From: Nitrosarchaeum sp.
Lineage (GTDB): Archaea > Thermoproteota > Nitrososphaeria > Nitrososphaerales > Nitrosopumilaceae
Length of the DNA: 64,000 nt
Direction of reading: 5' to 3'
Assembly (NCBI GenBank): GCA_965223865.1
Contig: OZ245020.1
Coordinates: forward strand, 736,001 to 800,000
A model generated the notes under the pieces. It saw only the letters and a list, made by a program, of their open reading frames with translations. It ran no database searches and was not told where the DNA came from. Of the stretch, positions 63,242 through 64,000 are shown piece by piece. Position numbers and translations under genes: made by a program. How positions within the stretch are numbered: the stretch's first letter is position 1; every line of letters begins with the position of its first letter.

Positions 63242-63923
63242 TATTTACTATCTCTTCTCCTGAAATATCATCTAGTCGTTTATTGGATGTAGTTTCTTTA
63301 CCAAACTGTTTTAAGATATTTTGAATTGTTTTTCTTCTGTATGAGAAAATTTTATTTATAGTCTCAATGAGTTTTTTATCAATAGTTTGTTTTTTTATTA
63401 TTTTCAAAACAACTGAATCAACTTTTGGTGGAGGATTAAAGTTGTTTTTGCCAACATTTACGATCTTTTTGATTTCAAGAGTATGATTTGCAATAATGGT
63501 AATTGCCCTTCGTTTCTGAAAGGATTCTTCAAGTAATTTATCTGCGAATTCCTTTTGAACCATGATAACACCATGCGAGAATTTTCTTTGTGCTAACCAT
63601 TCAATTGCAGCTTTACTCTTAGAATAAGGAAGATTTGAAACAAATATTGTAAAATCATCTTTCTTTTTGAATCCATCACCTGTCTTCAAAGTGAGATTCT
63701 CGATTTTTCCAAAGTGAGACTTTGCGTTCTGAAAGAGTTTCTTGTCTTCATCAACTGAGATTACTTTTTTGGCGTTTTTGCATAACAAAGGCGTCAAAAT
63801 TCCCAAGCCTGTTCCTAACTCAAATACAGTATCTTTTTTGGTGATTTTAGCCTCAAAAGTAATTGTTTCTGCTATATTGTTAGAGTTTAGAAAGTGTTGG
63901 CCCAGTTTTTTTCTTTTTATCAT
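63219..63923 (-). CDS. rsmA: 16S rRNA adenine dimethyltransferase
   Basis: LGQHFL, ELGTGLG, NLPY, MVQKEFA, PPPKVDS. Confidence 0.92.
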   Translation of the reverse strand: MIKRKKLGQHFLNSNNIAETITFEAKITKKDTVFELGTGLGILTPLLCKNAKKVISVDEDKKLFQNAKSHFGKIENLTLKTGDGFKKKDDFTIFVSNLPYSKSKAAIEWLAQRKFSHGVIMVQKEFADKLLEESFQKRRAITIIANHTLEIKKIVNVGKNNFNPPPKVDSVVLKIIKKQTIDKKLIETINKIFSYRRKTIQNILKQFGKETTSNKRLDDISGEEIVNIAKDILR

Positions 63924-64000
63924 CTCTTAACAAAGAGATTCATTCTGCTTTCTCCAGTAATCTCATCCATGATTCTCTCAGAGATGTGTTTTATTGGCTC
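63920..64000 (-). CDS. 3' end of upstream gene (DUF655-like), partial
   Basis: EPIKHISERIMDEITGESRMNLFVKR; ATGA overlap with rsmA. Confidence 0.55.
   Translation of the reverse strand, partial: EPIKHISERIMDEITGESRMNLFVKR

Overview
AT-rich archaeal DNA. Gene content and typical small-protein families point to a Nitrosopumilus-like ammonia-oxidising archaeon (inference). Four zones: (1) 1-2.6 kb, end of a putative conjugative element (VirD4/TraG-like ATPase with a C-terminal wHTH + PD-(D/E)xK module, AbrB and RHH genes, 9-bp repeats, a hairpin). (2) 5.6-19.4 kb, a mosaic of duplicated, inverted and truncated modules (large anchored surface protein x2, AbrB-like x2 plus a remnant, secreted protein x2, SRPBCC x2) interleaved with unique cargo (EEP nuclease, two-gene orphan operon, Fic). 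(3) About 19.5-55.9 kb, a stress/proteostasis-rich accessory region: 3 TFBs, 2 thermosome subunits, 3 Hsp20, CDC48, 2 USP, 2 wHTH regulators, cupredoxins and roadblock-like proteins. (4) About 56-64 kb, housekeeping genes (tRNA-Ser(GCT), P-II, isocitrate/isopropylmalate dehydrogenase, HemK2, rsmA). Manual reading found about 20 microproteins missed by the ORF track, most Cys/His-rich and many in paralogous families. It also found three recurrent palindromic promoter architectures and a candidate structured ncRNA. About a dozen genes carry indels or stops, some of which may be sequencing errors. All family calls come from motif recognition only; no database search was run.
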